In this document: piece after piece, positions 39,861 to 52,021 of the stretch
How the letters are laid out: every line of letters begins with the position of its first letter
Numbering within the stretch: the stretch's first letter is position 1
Source of the DNA: Proteromonas lacertae
Lineage: Eukaryota
NCBI GenBank assembly: GCA_002245135.1
Contig: NGBS01000885.1
Coordinates: 1-64,000, forward strand
Direction of reading: 5' to 3'
DNA length: 64,000 nt
The notes under the pieces: generated by a model
What the model saw: only the letters and a program-made list of their open reading frames with translations
Told to the model about the DNA's origin: nothing
Database searches by the model: none
Position numbers and translations under genes: made by a program

Positions 39861-40880
39861 ATGGATTTAGAAGCAATTGCTAAAGCAATTTCTGAAGCTG
39901 TAGGTATATTTTTAATGTTTATAATTATAGGGAAGAAAGTGGTTTTAGAGAAATCAAGATCTTTAGGAGGAGGTAGTTTTGGTGGTGTATAATATTATTT
40001 AATAAGTTTATAAAATGAATAGACATCAAAATTGGTGGATTCATTAAATAATTGTGAATATTTTTGTAAATTCTGTGATAATCTTGATAATCTTAAAGTA
40101 TATTTATTTATAATACATTAGACTGAATATACAAATTCCAAAACAATATTTGATAGTCATACAATTAAATGTCCTCAACCAATCTGTACTGAAACTCTTT
40201 GTATGAGATTCAATTATATATTTCAATAGCTTCACATCAAAATTTCTTAATAATGGAATATCTGGACATGAGTGGAAGATCATCAAAAGCTAATAACAGA
40301 GAATTAGGAAAGAAGCTTGCAGAAATGCATAGAATAGAATCACCAAACAAGAAATATGGATTTGAAATAGTATTAATGTTAAATATCATGCAAATAGAAT
40401 AATTATTGTGGATTGACACCTCAAATCAATGATTGGAAAGATAATTGGTGTGATTTCTTTATAGAAAATAGATTAAAACCACAATTTATGATGGTAAGAA
40501 AGAACTGTGGTAAAATAAAAGAAGAAGAAATGGTTTTGGATAAATGTAAAGAAATATTGAAAGATCATAATCCACCAGCAAGTTTAGTGCATGGTGATTT
40601 ATGGAATGGAAATGCTGCTTTCTTAAAAGATGGAACTCCAGTAATATTTGATCCTGCCACATATTATGGAGATAGAGAGACTGATCTAGCAATGACTGAA
40701 GTGTTTGGAGGATTTACTAATGATTTTTATGATGCTTATGATGAAGCATGGAAAATTGATGAAAATTATAAAATTAGGAAGAATATTTACTGTCTGTATC
40801 ATGCACTAAATCATATGAATTTATTTGGAAATGGTTATAGAAGTATGGCGATGGGTTATATCAATAATATACTCATATGA
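39861..40880 (+). CDS. FN3K: Fructosamine/ketosamine-3-kinase family protein, multi-exon
   Basis: LGKKLAEMH, TPQINDW..NWCDFFIENRL, PASLVHGDLWNGN, IFDPATYYGDRETDLAMTEVFGGF, LYHALNHMNLFG. Confidence 0.92.
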
Positions 40881-40959
40881 TTAAATTTATCAACTTATAA
40901 CAACAACAACAACAGTATATAAATTCAACAATAATATAAACTAATTTTCATGCTTATTT

Positions 40960-42573
40960 TTATGTTGTTAAACTAACAGTTAGTTCATTTCTAGAAGTTG
41001 AATTAATTCTTTCTCCTTCAGCTTTTATACTAAGAAATCCTTCTGAATTAACACTATAAGTAATTGATACTATAATTTCTCTTTCCTTATTTGGTAAAGG
41101 CAAATTATCTAATTTATAATAACCTAATTTCACAACATTGTCATTGATTTTCATCTTCTTTGAATCTACTCTATCTCTTTCACCATCACCTTCATATACT
41201 GTAACATCTAAATAACTTTGATTATTTTCATAATTAGCAAACTGTTGAGTAAATGAACATGGAGTTGGTGTATTTCTTTTTATCATTTCATAACAATAAT
41301 CTTCCTCAATATCAGTAGAAAGGGTATGACAAACTACATCAAACACTTTGAAGTTAAACTGCTCCATATTTGCTACAATAGTTGCACCATAAGCTACAAC
41401 TTCATCAGGATTTATATCTTCACATAAATCTGCTGTTGGAAAAAATTCTCTTATCTTTTCTCTCACCTTTTTTATTTTACTTGAACCACCAACTAATACA
41501 ACTCCATCAATTTTTGATGGATCTAAATTTGCATCTTTTAAAACACTATCAACAATTATCATTGTTCTATCAAATAACTTTTGATCTTTATCTTTTCCAT
41601 TGTTCAAATCATTAAATTCTTCTAATGTTAATGTGGAATCTTCATCATCTATTAAAAAACTATCAATAAATATTTCTTCTGTTCCTTTAGCACTTAATAA
41701 GCACTTACCTTTTTCTAATTCTCTTCTTAACGACACAATCTTTTTCATTGTAATATCTTCACGCCTTTTGTGTTTCTTTTGACAATATTTATCAATATAG
41801 TAATTCACTAAATTTTCATCAATATCTTCACCTCCTAAATGAGAATCACCATCTGTAGCTAATACTCTCACTTCTTTCCTGTTAAAGTCAATTTTGATGA
41901 TTGAAACATCAAATGTACCACCTCCAAAATCATAAATTAACAACATTGGATCGTATTTCGTTGGTTTTATTGTACCAGTGAGTCTTTGATAAGCATAGGC
42001 TATAGCTGCAGCTGTTGGTTCATTAATTATACTAATTACTTTTAAATTAGCTTTTTCAGCTGCTATTTTAGTATCCACTCTTTGTTGATGATTGAAATAA
42101 GCTGGAACTGTTATTACTGCTTTAGTTATTTCATTCAAATCCTTTCCCATATACTCATCAGCTGTTTTTTTGATAGACTTCAATATTTCTTTAGATATAT
42201 CAGCTGCAGATAATTTTATATCTCTTCCATTATGTCTTACTAAGACCATAGGTATGGCTTCTCTATCAGATTTACTCTCATCATCTTTTACTACCTTAAA
42301 AGGCCAATTTTTAATCTCATGTTTTATTTGGCTGTACTTTTTCCCAATAAAACGCTTTGAATCATACACTGTAAAATTAACTGATCGAGGGTTGAATTTT
42401 ACTGCAGATCCTACTGTGACATTCTCATTATCAGGATCAAAAAATACATGTGAAGGTATTGTACGGTTACTGTCGTTGTAAGTGATAATTTCTATTCTAT
42501 TACTTTTATAGGTACCACAGCAAGAATATGTTGTACCTAAATCAATACCTATATTTTTTGATTGTATTGACAT
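40960..42573 (-). CDS. Atypical Hsp70-family protein, 537 aa, intronless, lacking lid and EEVD
   Basis: IGIDLGTTYSC, AVITVPAYFN, INEPTAAAIAY, YDFGGGTFDVS, HLGGEDID, VVLVGGSSKI, INPDEVVAYGA; ends just after the SBD-beta. Confidence 0.92.
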   Translation of the reverse strand: MSIQSKNIGIDLGTTYSCCGTYKSNRIEIITYNDSNRTIPSHVFFDPDNENVTVGSAVKFNPRSVNFTVYDSKRFIGKKYSQIKHEIKNWPFKVVKDDESKSDREAIPMVLVRHNGRDIKLSAADISKEILKSIKKTADEYMGKDLNEITKAVITVPAYFNHQQRVDTKIAAEKANLKVISIINEPTAAAIAYAYQRLTGTIKPTKYDPMLLIYDFGGGTFDVSIIKIDFNRKEVRVLATDGDSHLGGEDIDENLVNYYIDKYCQKKHKRREDITMKKIVSLRRELEKGKCLLSAKGTEEIFIDSFLIDDEDSTLTLEEFNDLNNGKDKDQKLFDRTMIIVDSVLKDANLDPSKIDGVVLVGGSSKIKKVREKIREFFPTADLCEDINPDEVVAYGATIVANMEQFNFKVFDVVCHTLSTDIEEDYCYEMIKRNTPTPCSFTQQFANYENNQSYLDVTVYEGDGERDRVDSKKMKINDNVVKLGYYKLDNLPLPNKEREIIVSITYSVNSEGFLSIKAEGERINSTSRNELTVSLTT

Positions 42574-42771
42574 TTATTTAACCCTCTCTGTTTAACAGAA
42601 ACAACAGAAAGTTTTTTTATAAAATATGGCCGTTTCAATAAGAATTTTAATGCAAAATTGGTTGTATCTGAATTCATAAAACATTAAATTGATATAGTTA
42701 TGAAGAATAATTAAAATTAAATCGAAATAGAGAAGATCAAAAAAGAAAATCAATTACTTGGTTTATATTGC

Positions 42772-44945
42772 TTAACAATCTGTTCTGGCTTCTTCTTCAC
42801 TATTGCTAATCAATCTCACTGAATTAATAACCTTCTCAATATTCGATTTCTGTTCTTCTAATCTTCCAGTTTTATCAAAAACAGCTCCAACAATTGCACT
42901 TTCTCCTTTCTCACCTAAACAATCTAACAACAGGATATAAAACTCTAAAAAAATAACAAAACAACTAAAATATAATACGTAATAATAAATCTTTATAATC
43001 TCTATTTTCACTGGATGTTAAATCAATATTTGTAACACTATTTACTATATCTGGATAGAATGGTAATATTGAATGAGGATCAGTATAAAGCAACATATTA
43101 TATAATAAACAAACTGCATTCATTCGATCACTATACATATAAAACAATAAAAATATAATTAAATAACTATATATATATATATACTCAATATTTCCAGAAA
43201 GTAACAATCTTTCATCACTATCAATAAATGGCAATAATAATTTAATATAACTCGAAGATGATGTAAAATAACCAATCACATGACAAATTGTCAATATTTG
43301 ATTATATAAAGACTTTATCCTGATTACTTTATTCAAAACATTAATTATTGAACTCATTTCTTGAGTAATTTGAACTTCACAAAATATTATCATAATCATC
43401 AATAATTTCACAGATCTAATTTGAATATCTTCTTTCCAAGACTGTAATTCTGATAATAAAGCAGGAATAAATCTCTTCGCATACTCTTGAACAAAATATC
43501 TCATTCCAATTGGTGGTCTACCATTGAAAGGATGAGGATATTGTAAAATATTTTTATTATGATTATGTTCAATAATACCATCAACTCCATATTGTTTCTT
43601 TTCAATTATATGTTCTGAATTATCTTCTTCATATAGTTTGCCTAATTCTGCTAATTTTTCATAAGCTTTAACTCTGATTTCTCCAACTTCGTCGATTAAA
43701 CCACTTAGTATATAAGGACTCATATATGTCAAATAATCATATCTATCGGGTAATTTAATCATTATTTCACCTAAAAATGAGATAAAATGTAATCTAAGTT
43801 TTGGATTTTCATCTTGTATTAACAAAGCAAAATAATTATATGAATGTTCATCTGTATAGAATGCGGTTACTGGAATAATATTTGGATCTTGAAAACCAGC
43901 CATTTCTAGAATACATTCACTACCTGCTCCTTTTACTTTTTCATTATCTTTATACATTATCAGTTGTAATAAAGTTGATAAACATTCATATCTAACTTTG
44001 AATAAATGATGACTAATTGAAGGATATAATGATTTAATCAAAGCAACACAATAATATTTCAATTGCTATATATAAATAATAAAATAAAAATAAAAAAATA
44101 ATACATTTGGTATATTTTGAAGCATAAAACTAATCATTTGAAATGATAATATTCTCACATTTGGATAAGGATCAACTGTTCCAGCTTGCACCAATAATAT
44201 TGTATTATATAAATACGATGATAATAATGGAATACAAGATAATTCCACAATTCTATGATATAAATTATTAACTATATCAAGTAATAAATATCGGATTTCC
44301 TCTGATAGTTCTATTAACCTTATTCTTTCTAATTCATCTCTTTTAATGGCTCTTCCTCTTTTCATTTCTTCAAATTTTTCTTTGTTTCTTATAAAACTTT
44401 TAGTTTCTGCGTCAAAACTGAAATCTGAAGGAATTCTTTCCATTAAAGCAGGAAATAGATATGGTAAAATCGTTAAAAGTTCACTAGTGGTTTGGATATA
44501 TTTTATAGTTATTTTCATCACTTTTTCTTTTACTACTTCTGAACTGTCACTGAATTTTCTTAAAATTGGTTTATATATGTTTAGAAATACATCTTCTAAG
44601 ATTTTTGGTTCAAGAGGAGGAGTTTGTTCAAAAAACAACCAATATAAATATTCTGCAGATTTTCTAATAAATATTATAATAATAATTTGTTGTATTATAC
44701 TTTCTAGTACCCACATTTTCGTCATTTAAACCATTAACATAGAGTTGAATATGTTTAACTATTTCATCTGCTGACTTCAGTATATTGGATGGTAATGGAT
44801 CGTACTTTGAAACTTGAACTGTACTTGATGCTGATTTTTCAACTTTCTTTGCTATTATAGAAGATGAACCACCTTTTTTGTTCTTCCTTCTCTTCTCTTC
44901 TTCTTCTCTCTTCATCTGTTCCCATATATCATTGACATCTGCCAT
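42772..44945 (-). CDS. DNAAF5: HEAT-repeat protein, DNAAF5/HEATR2 (dynein axonemal assembly factor 5)-like, multi-exon
   Basis: KPILRKFSDSSE; LPDRYDY...LSGLIDEVGEIR; HPFNGRPPIGMR; IPALLSELQSW..IRSVKLL: collinear with recalled HEATR2 motifs LRDRYSF..LLSSLNDEVPEVR and RPVLGCR. Confidence 0.78.
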
Positions 44946-44966
44946 TATTTTGAATTTAAAAAACAG

Positions 44967-45041
44967 AAAAGCTTGATTATAGTTTGATAAATTTATTATG
45001 AAAAACATGAATGAGACTCAAATAGTGATAATTGTATTTGT
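44967..45041 (+). repeat. 75-bp direct repeat (left copy) of 51991..52065; contains the upstream bases and first 14 codons of gene 52022
   Basis: AAAAGCTTGATTATAGTTTGATAAATTTATTATGAAAAACATGAATGAGACTCAAATAGTGATAATTGTATTTGT is present at both sites. Confidence 0.93.
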
Positions 45042-45956
45042 TTGTTTGTATAATACACTTCCTTCACACCAATACAAAATACAATATTCATTAATTTTAT
45101 ATAGGTTAAATTTTATACAGTTTACTGTAATAATAGTTACTAATAAAAAATAAACAACCGGAATGACAACATATTTTTTCTTTTTTACATTAAGAAATAC
45201 ATTCTTTTGTGATAATAATTGTAACAGCATTTCTACTTCAATTCTTGTATTATCATCAACTTCAAATGAATATTTTAATGCTTCTTCAAGGGAATTTGAT
45301 GCTTCAAAATCACTATTCTAGTAAATTTGTTATTATATTAATTTTATATTATTATACAAGAAAATAATAACACTTTCCCAAATTCGAATAAATTTCAAAT
45401 CTTCTGCTATATTCTATCTCTGATTTGAAATCCAATGCTTTTTTATATTCTATTACGGCGTTATTCCAATTTTCCTACAAATAAATATATTCATTATACA
45501 ATTGTAAAATATTGATCTGCTAAAGTCTGATGAATTTTACCCTCTATTTTATTTTTCTCTTTCAAACATAATTTTTTTGGCCGTTTTAAATGATTGCATT
45601 CTGTCAATATATTCACTTTCCCTGTCATTTTTTGATATATGTTGTAATACTTCTCTTAGCGATTCAGATACTTCATCATTATCTTCATCATTCACAAATT
45701 CATAAACTTTTGAATTATTACGTTTATTGTTTTTAGGACATTTAATTAAAGAAGTATTCACTTCAAATGCTATTTATATTATCATACATATTATTTTTAT
45801 ACAAATTCCATCAGATTCAGAAAAATCTCTCTTTGAACTCAACATTCGACAGGGATTTAAACAAAAACAACTGTTTGACTTTAATAACATACACTTTGAT
45901 TGAAATGATACTCTTAATAATCGACCACTGTTTATTATCACTCTTCTTGATAACAT
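45018..45956 (-). pseudogene. TPR-cassette paralog/chimera: shares the first ~48 codons with gene 49111, then has different exons; in-frame TAA at 45549-45551
   Basis: 117-nt phase-0 exon 45358..45474 (ENWNNAVIEYKKALDF...IYSNLGKCYYFL) has the same register as the exons of 49111..50866; EREK*NRGKIH in-frame stop. Confidence 0.7.
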
Positions 45957-48900
45957 TTTCAAATTATCGATTATGGAATCTTTTATGTAACGTCACTATA
46001 AGAAAGCTTGATCTACCTGGCTTGACTATTATATAGAGATTAGTATACAAGACGCAGATCGTGTTTTAAAATTTTGCGGTTTCTATGTTAGAGATTAAAT
46101 AAAGATAAGATTTTTTGCATAACTATTGATCTTATGTTCTAGTTTGTATTGATCAAAAAATATTTTTGATGATTTTTTGAATGAAGTGAAGCATAAATTC
46201 TAACTAGATGAATAAAAAGTCCAGTACATATCGAGTAAAATTATATCATGAAATAAAACTTTCATACACAGTCTTAAAAAAATTAAAGCGTATAGTAATT
46301 TTTATTTCGCTGGACCTTCGCATAAATTATTATGGATTCTGAGTAGAGGTACATTACTATATTAAACTTATTATATTCATTGATCTAAGCCAATACAATA
46401 TACTGAATCTATTATATATGCTATGTATGTGTTTTATAATAAATTTGTTCAAAAATTGAATAAGCATCTATTCTACATCCATTTATGAGTTATATCTCCT
46501 TAATTTAGTTTAATTCATACAAAAAAACAAGTAGATAGGTTGAATTAGCTGAGAAAACTGAAAAAAATAATGATGTAAAATACAAAAATGACATATTTTA
46601 TGTAATTATTTACTAAAACGAATATAATTTATATTAAATACTTCTTTTTTATTTGTCTATATATATTATGAATTTTGTGGATATATTACTTGAGATATAT
46701 CCAAATATAGGAGTAGATAATATCCAATTCGATAATTCTATCATGATAGTGGATAGCAGTTATATTCCATCAGCAAAATATCAGTTTATTAATGAAATAA
46801 TATATATTAAGAAAAATTTTGATGAATTGATTCAAGAAAATTGTAATAAGAATATATTTGTTAATGTAAACAGTATATCTATAATAATTACTGCAATACA
46901 TTATAATTTATTCATTATATGCAATAATATAACAATTAGTAGCAAAGTGATTTTATATTACATAAAAAATGAATTGATATATATTATAATTATTCAAATG
47001 AACAATATATAGATGATTTTTTATTTCTAGTGAATATCTATTATAATCATCTTTATGAGGATCCTTATTGTTGATTGTTTTGAAATTAAGGCTATTATAA
47101 ATGTTTTTATACTTATTTTTTTTAAATCATAGTCAATTTTTATATCAATGTTTGATATAATTTGAAATAAACTGTTTTTAATAGAAAAATTGATTTGATT
47201 AACATATCTTCTCAGAGATTTGTATGTTCTTTTTATTTTCATCTCTTTAATACTTGGTAGTGAAATAATTTTTATCAAAAAATCATTTGCCTTTGCTTGA
47301 GAAATAGAATTACTAATAAATAACTCAAATATATAAATTGACAATTTTACACCATCTCCAACACAGTTTTCTTTCTCATCTTCATCTATATCTTCATAAC
47401 CTATTTCATCATCACTATCAAAAAATATTCTTCTTCTTTCCGAAATTCGTATAGTATATTGTTATTATCCACATTATTATATTGTATAATATAATTTATA
47501 TTTCCTTTTTCATCTTTTTTAATTCATTTTTAATTTTTAGAAACTTTTGAGTAATATTTATTGTGTTTTTATTCCCTCTGCAATTGTATGAATATGATAA
47601 TATTTCTTCCACTTTCACTTTCTTTGTATAATACGGAAAATCCACATAAATATATTTCCCTATAATGCCTTTTAAATCTTCAATAGTTATTTTTCCTATG
47701 TTATAATTTTCATCGAGGAAGGGGTTTATATCATCAATTATACAATAATTGTTAAAATTATATAGACAAATGTCAATATTACTTACTGATCTAACATAAT
47801 TAAAATCTATTTTCAGTATTTGTGATCTCACTTTTTTCTTCATTTTCTTCTTCTTCTTTTTCATCATCATCTTCTTCTTCCATATCTGCTAAATATTTAA
47901 TGACAATTGTTAGTGAACTTAGAAATGACTTATACTTTATTTTTTTTAATTAAATTGTAGGATTTTATTAATGCTTTATATAAATGAACACTCTTTACTT
48001 TATTTGTTATTATGAATTCATTATAATAGATATTCACTAGAAATAAAAAATCATCTATATATTGTTCATTTGAATAATTATAATATATATCAATTCATTT
48101 TTTATGTAATATAAAATCACTTTGCTACTAATTGTTATATTATTGTATATAATGAATAAATTATAATGTATTGCAGTAATTATTATAGATATACTGTTTA
48201 CATTAACAAATATATTCTTATTACAATTTTCTTGAATCAATTCATCAAAATTTTTCTTAATATATATTATTTCATTAATAAACTGATATTTTGCTGATGG
48301 AATATAACTGCTATCCACTATCATGATAGAATTATCGAATTGGATATTATCTACTCCTATATTTGGATATATCTCAAGTAATATATCCACAAAATTCATA
48401 ATATATATAGACAAATAAAAAAGAAGTATTTAATATAAATTATATTCGTTTTAGTAAATAATTACATAAAATATGTCATTTTTGTATTTTACATCATTAT
48501 TTTTTTCAGTTTTCTCAGCTAATTCAACCTATCTACTTGTTTTTTTGTATGAATTAAACTAAATTAAGGAGATATAACTCATAAATGGATGTAGAATAGA
48601 TGCTTATTCAATTTTTGAACAAATTTATTATAAAACACATACATAGCATATATAATAGATTCAGTATATTGTATTGGCTTAGATCAATGAATATAATAAG
48701 TTTAATATAGTAATGTACCTCTACTCAGAATCCATAATAATTTATGCGAAGGTCCAGCGAAATAAAAATTACTATACGCTTTAATTTTTTTAAGACTGTG
48801 TATGAAAGTTTTATTTCATGATATAATTTTACTCGATATGTACTGGACTTTTTATTCATCTAGTTAGAATTTATGCTTCACTTCATTCAAAAAATCATCA

Positions 48901-49255
48901 AAAATATTTTTTGATCAATACAAACTAGAACATAAGATCAATAGTTATGCAAAAAATCTTATCTTTATTTAATCTCTAACATAGAAACCGCAAAATTTTA
49001 AAACACGATCTGCGTCTTGTATACTAATCTCTATATAATAGTCAAGCCAGGTAGATCAAGCTTTCTTATAGTGACGTTACATAAAAGATTCCATAATCGA
49101 TAATTTGAAAATGTTATCAAGAAGAGTGATAATAAACAGTGGTCGATTATTAAGAGTATCATTTCAATCAAAGTGTATGTTATTAAAGTCAAACAGTTGT
49201 TTTTGTTTAAATCCCTGTCGAATGTTGAGTTCAAAGAGAGATTTTTCTGAATCTG
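45812..49255. repeat. Long inverted repeat: arms 45812..47047 and 48020..49255 (1236 bp each), 972-bp spacer
   Basis: Arms are reverse complements; mirrored ORFs 46653..47012(+) and 48055..48414(-) differ by only one residue (C/Y). Confidence 0.95.
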
Positions 49256-50866
49256 CTAAGCAGTGTAAAGATAATGAACCAGAAAAAAGTGATGATGGCG
49301 AGAAGTCATTCAAGTGTAGTAATTCTTTACCATTTCAATATGTGACTAGAAAATATTTTTATTTAAATGTATATTTGCATGTATTTACATAAATAGGAGA
49401 AATATGATGAAATGGTGAAAACATCAAAAGAATTATTGAAAGATAATACAGATATTGATTATATAGCTAAATGTAATATTAACAGATATACTGGTTTATC
49501 ATATTATAAATCTGTATATTAATGCTATTGATTGTGATTAGGGTAAATATAATGAAGCAATAGAATTATTGAATGAATCTTTGAAATATTCATCATTTCT
49601 TACAGATTCCATAAGTTATCTTCTTCATCAATTCAATGAAAACAACAATGTTGACAACGTATTGTATTAAAATATGTAGAATAGGGAAAAACTGGTGATT
49701 TAATAAAATACTTGAAAGAAAAATTAGAAGAAGCTGTAAAATGTTCATCAGAAATGGATAGAGGTGTGAATTGTGAAATTCACACTCATATCGGTCATTC
49801 ATATTATAGACTTGTATGATATAATATATAAAATAATAATATTATGTAGGAGAAGTTTGATGAAGCAATAAAATCATATCATAAAGCATTAAAATATCCT
49901 GGCGGAATAGATAATTATACTAAAGGTGATATTTATCAAAATATTGGATTATCATATTATGGACTTGTATAAAGCTATAATAATTATAATAAATATGAAT
50001 AGAAACAATATAATGAGTCAGTAATAGCATTTTGCCAAGCTCTGCAATATTGTGAGGATGACAAGAAAAAAAAATGTGAAATTTATAGTTACCTTGGATT
50101 AGCTTGTTTTTCATCAGTATAATAATAATTTAAGATACATATTGTAATAGGAAGAATATGATGAAACAATAAATGCATTTAACCAATTTCTTAAATGTAG
50201 TGATGGTATAGAAGCTAAAGATATATTTGAAGTACATAAATATGTTGGAATGTCACATTGGAGGATGGTATACTCATAAATTTAAAATATAGGGTGAATA
50301 TGATAAAGCAGTAGAATCATTACAACAACCATTTAATAACTCATCAGGTTGTTTATCAGCAATAGAAGAATTATCAAAATGTAATGTTTATACATATATT
50401 GGATCATCATACTATAAACTTGTATATTTAATCAAATATTAATTATTAAATAGCAAAACTATGAAAAATCACTAGAATGGTTTACAGATGCATTAAAATA
50501 TTCATCAAAATTAAATGGTTATGGAAAGTATGAAATTCATCGATATATAGGTGATTGTTATTCATTGTACTGTATGAATATTATATATGTATATAATAAT
50601 AGAAAAAATATCATGAAGCAATAACAGCGTATAATGAAGCATTGAATTATTCATCTGAGATTGATAATAAATCCAAATGTCGTTTGTATATAGGTATTAG
50701 TAAATCGTATTATGATCTTGTATGAAAATATTATACATTATATCCATTGAAATAGAAACAATATCAAGATGCTATAGAATTATATCATAAAGCATCAACA
50801 TATAATGATGGGTCTTATAGTAGAGAAATTAACGATGGAATTAAGAAATGCGAAAGGAAAAAGTAG
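49111..50866 (+). CDS. TPR-repeat protein with a presequence-like Arg/Ser/Leu-rich N-terminus; 11 exons, one repeat unit per internal exon
   Basis: Exons 49111-49368, 49397-49513, 49542-49658, 49685-49813, 49850-49966, 50003-50116, 50151-50267, 50293-50421, 50454-~50570, 50603-50719, 50756-50866. Most internal exons read xKY(D/N)EAI..y..AL.y......IG.SYY.L. One extra base at 50571. Confidence 0.85.
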
Positions 50867-50978
50867 ATCAAATGATATCAAAGTATTGTTAATTCCATAC
50901 ATAATATTGTTAATGTTTTGATGGGGTTGCTTATATGAAAAATTTCATATATAATTATTACATTCATGTTTTACAAAA

Positions 50979-51083
50979 TAAATTTATCAAACTATAATCA
51001 AGCTTTTCTGTTTTTTAAATTCAAAATAATGGCAGATATCAATGATATATGGGAACAGATGAAGAGAGAAAAAGAAGAGAAGA
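50979..51083 (+). repeat. Inverted copy of the DNAAF5 upstream region and first ~18 codons (~44892-44996)
   Basis: MADINDIWEQMKREKEEK versus MADVNDIWEQMKREEEEK, with identical upstream ATAAATTTATCAAACTATAATCAAGCTTTTCTG. Confidence 0.9.
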
Positions 51084-51093
51084 ATATGGCAGA

Positions 51094-51710
51094 AGTTTTT
51101 GCCTATTCTACATATTTTAATACAATACGTTGTCAACATTGTTGTTTTCATTGAATTGATGAAGAAGATAACTTATGGAATCTGTAAGAAATGATGAATA
51201 TTTCAAAGATTCATTCAATAATTCTATTGCTTCATTATATTTACCCTAATCACAATCAATAGCATTAATATACAGATTTATAATATGATAAACCAGTATA
51301 TCTGTTAATATTACATTTAGCTATATAATCAATATCTGTATTATCTTTCAATAATTCTTTTGATGTTTTCACCATTTCATCATATTTCTCCTATTTATGT
51401 AAATACATGCAAATATACATTTAAATAAAAATATTTTCTAGTCACATATTGAAATGGTAAAGAATTACTACACTTGAATGACTTCTCGCCATCATCACTT
51501 TTTTCTGGTTCATTATCTTTACACTGCTTAGCAGATTCAGAAAAATCTCTCTTTGAACTCAACATTCGACAGGGATTTAAACAAAAACAACTGTTTGACT
51601 TTAATAACATACACTTTGATTGAAATGATACTCTTAATAATCGACCACTGTTTATTATCACTCTTCTTGATAACATTTTCAAATTATCGATTATGGAATC
51701 TTTTATGTAA
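51094..51710 (-). pseudogene. 3'-truncated inverted duplicate (617 bp) of TPR gene exons 1-3 (49077..49693)
   Basis: ORF 51395..51682(-) is identical to 49105..49392(+); identity runs through the third intron and breaks at the start of exon 4. Confidence 0.9.
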
Positions 51711-52021
51711 ATATTTTTTATTTGGAAACTGCAAATATATTCGTTACATAAATATTTTTACTCACTATGTAAATAGTGAATTGTAAACTTAACTCATTTT
51801 TGGAAAATTATATGCTTTAATTTTTAATCTGATATATAATAAATGTGAAACAAACTCAGTATTCACTTCTGTTGTTTATTTTACTATTTTCTTACAGTTT
51901 TCTTGAGCACCATACTACACTTATGTTATATACATTTTATCTCTTCAATACAAACATTGACTATAAAGAAAAGAACATTTTAAATTTTCAAAAAGCTTGA
52001 TTATAGTTTGATAAATTTATT

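Noticed and set aside
45549..45551. In-frame TAA suggesting stop-codon reassignment
   Set aside because: Conserved genes (YqhD, Hsp70, HSF, kinesin motor) have no in-frame stops and use TAA/TAG/TGA as terminators; better explained as a pseudogene lesion or error.
46653..47012. Mirrored 119-aa ORFs in the inverted arms as a transposase or other gene
   Set aside because: Non-ATG start, Ile/Asn-rich composition expected from AT-rich DNA, and no DDE or other motif.
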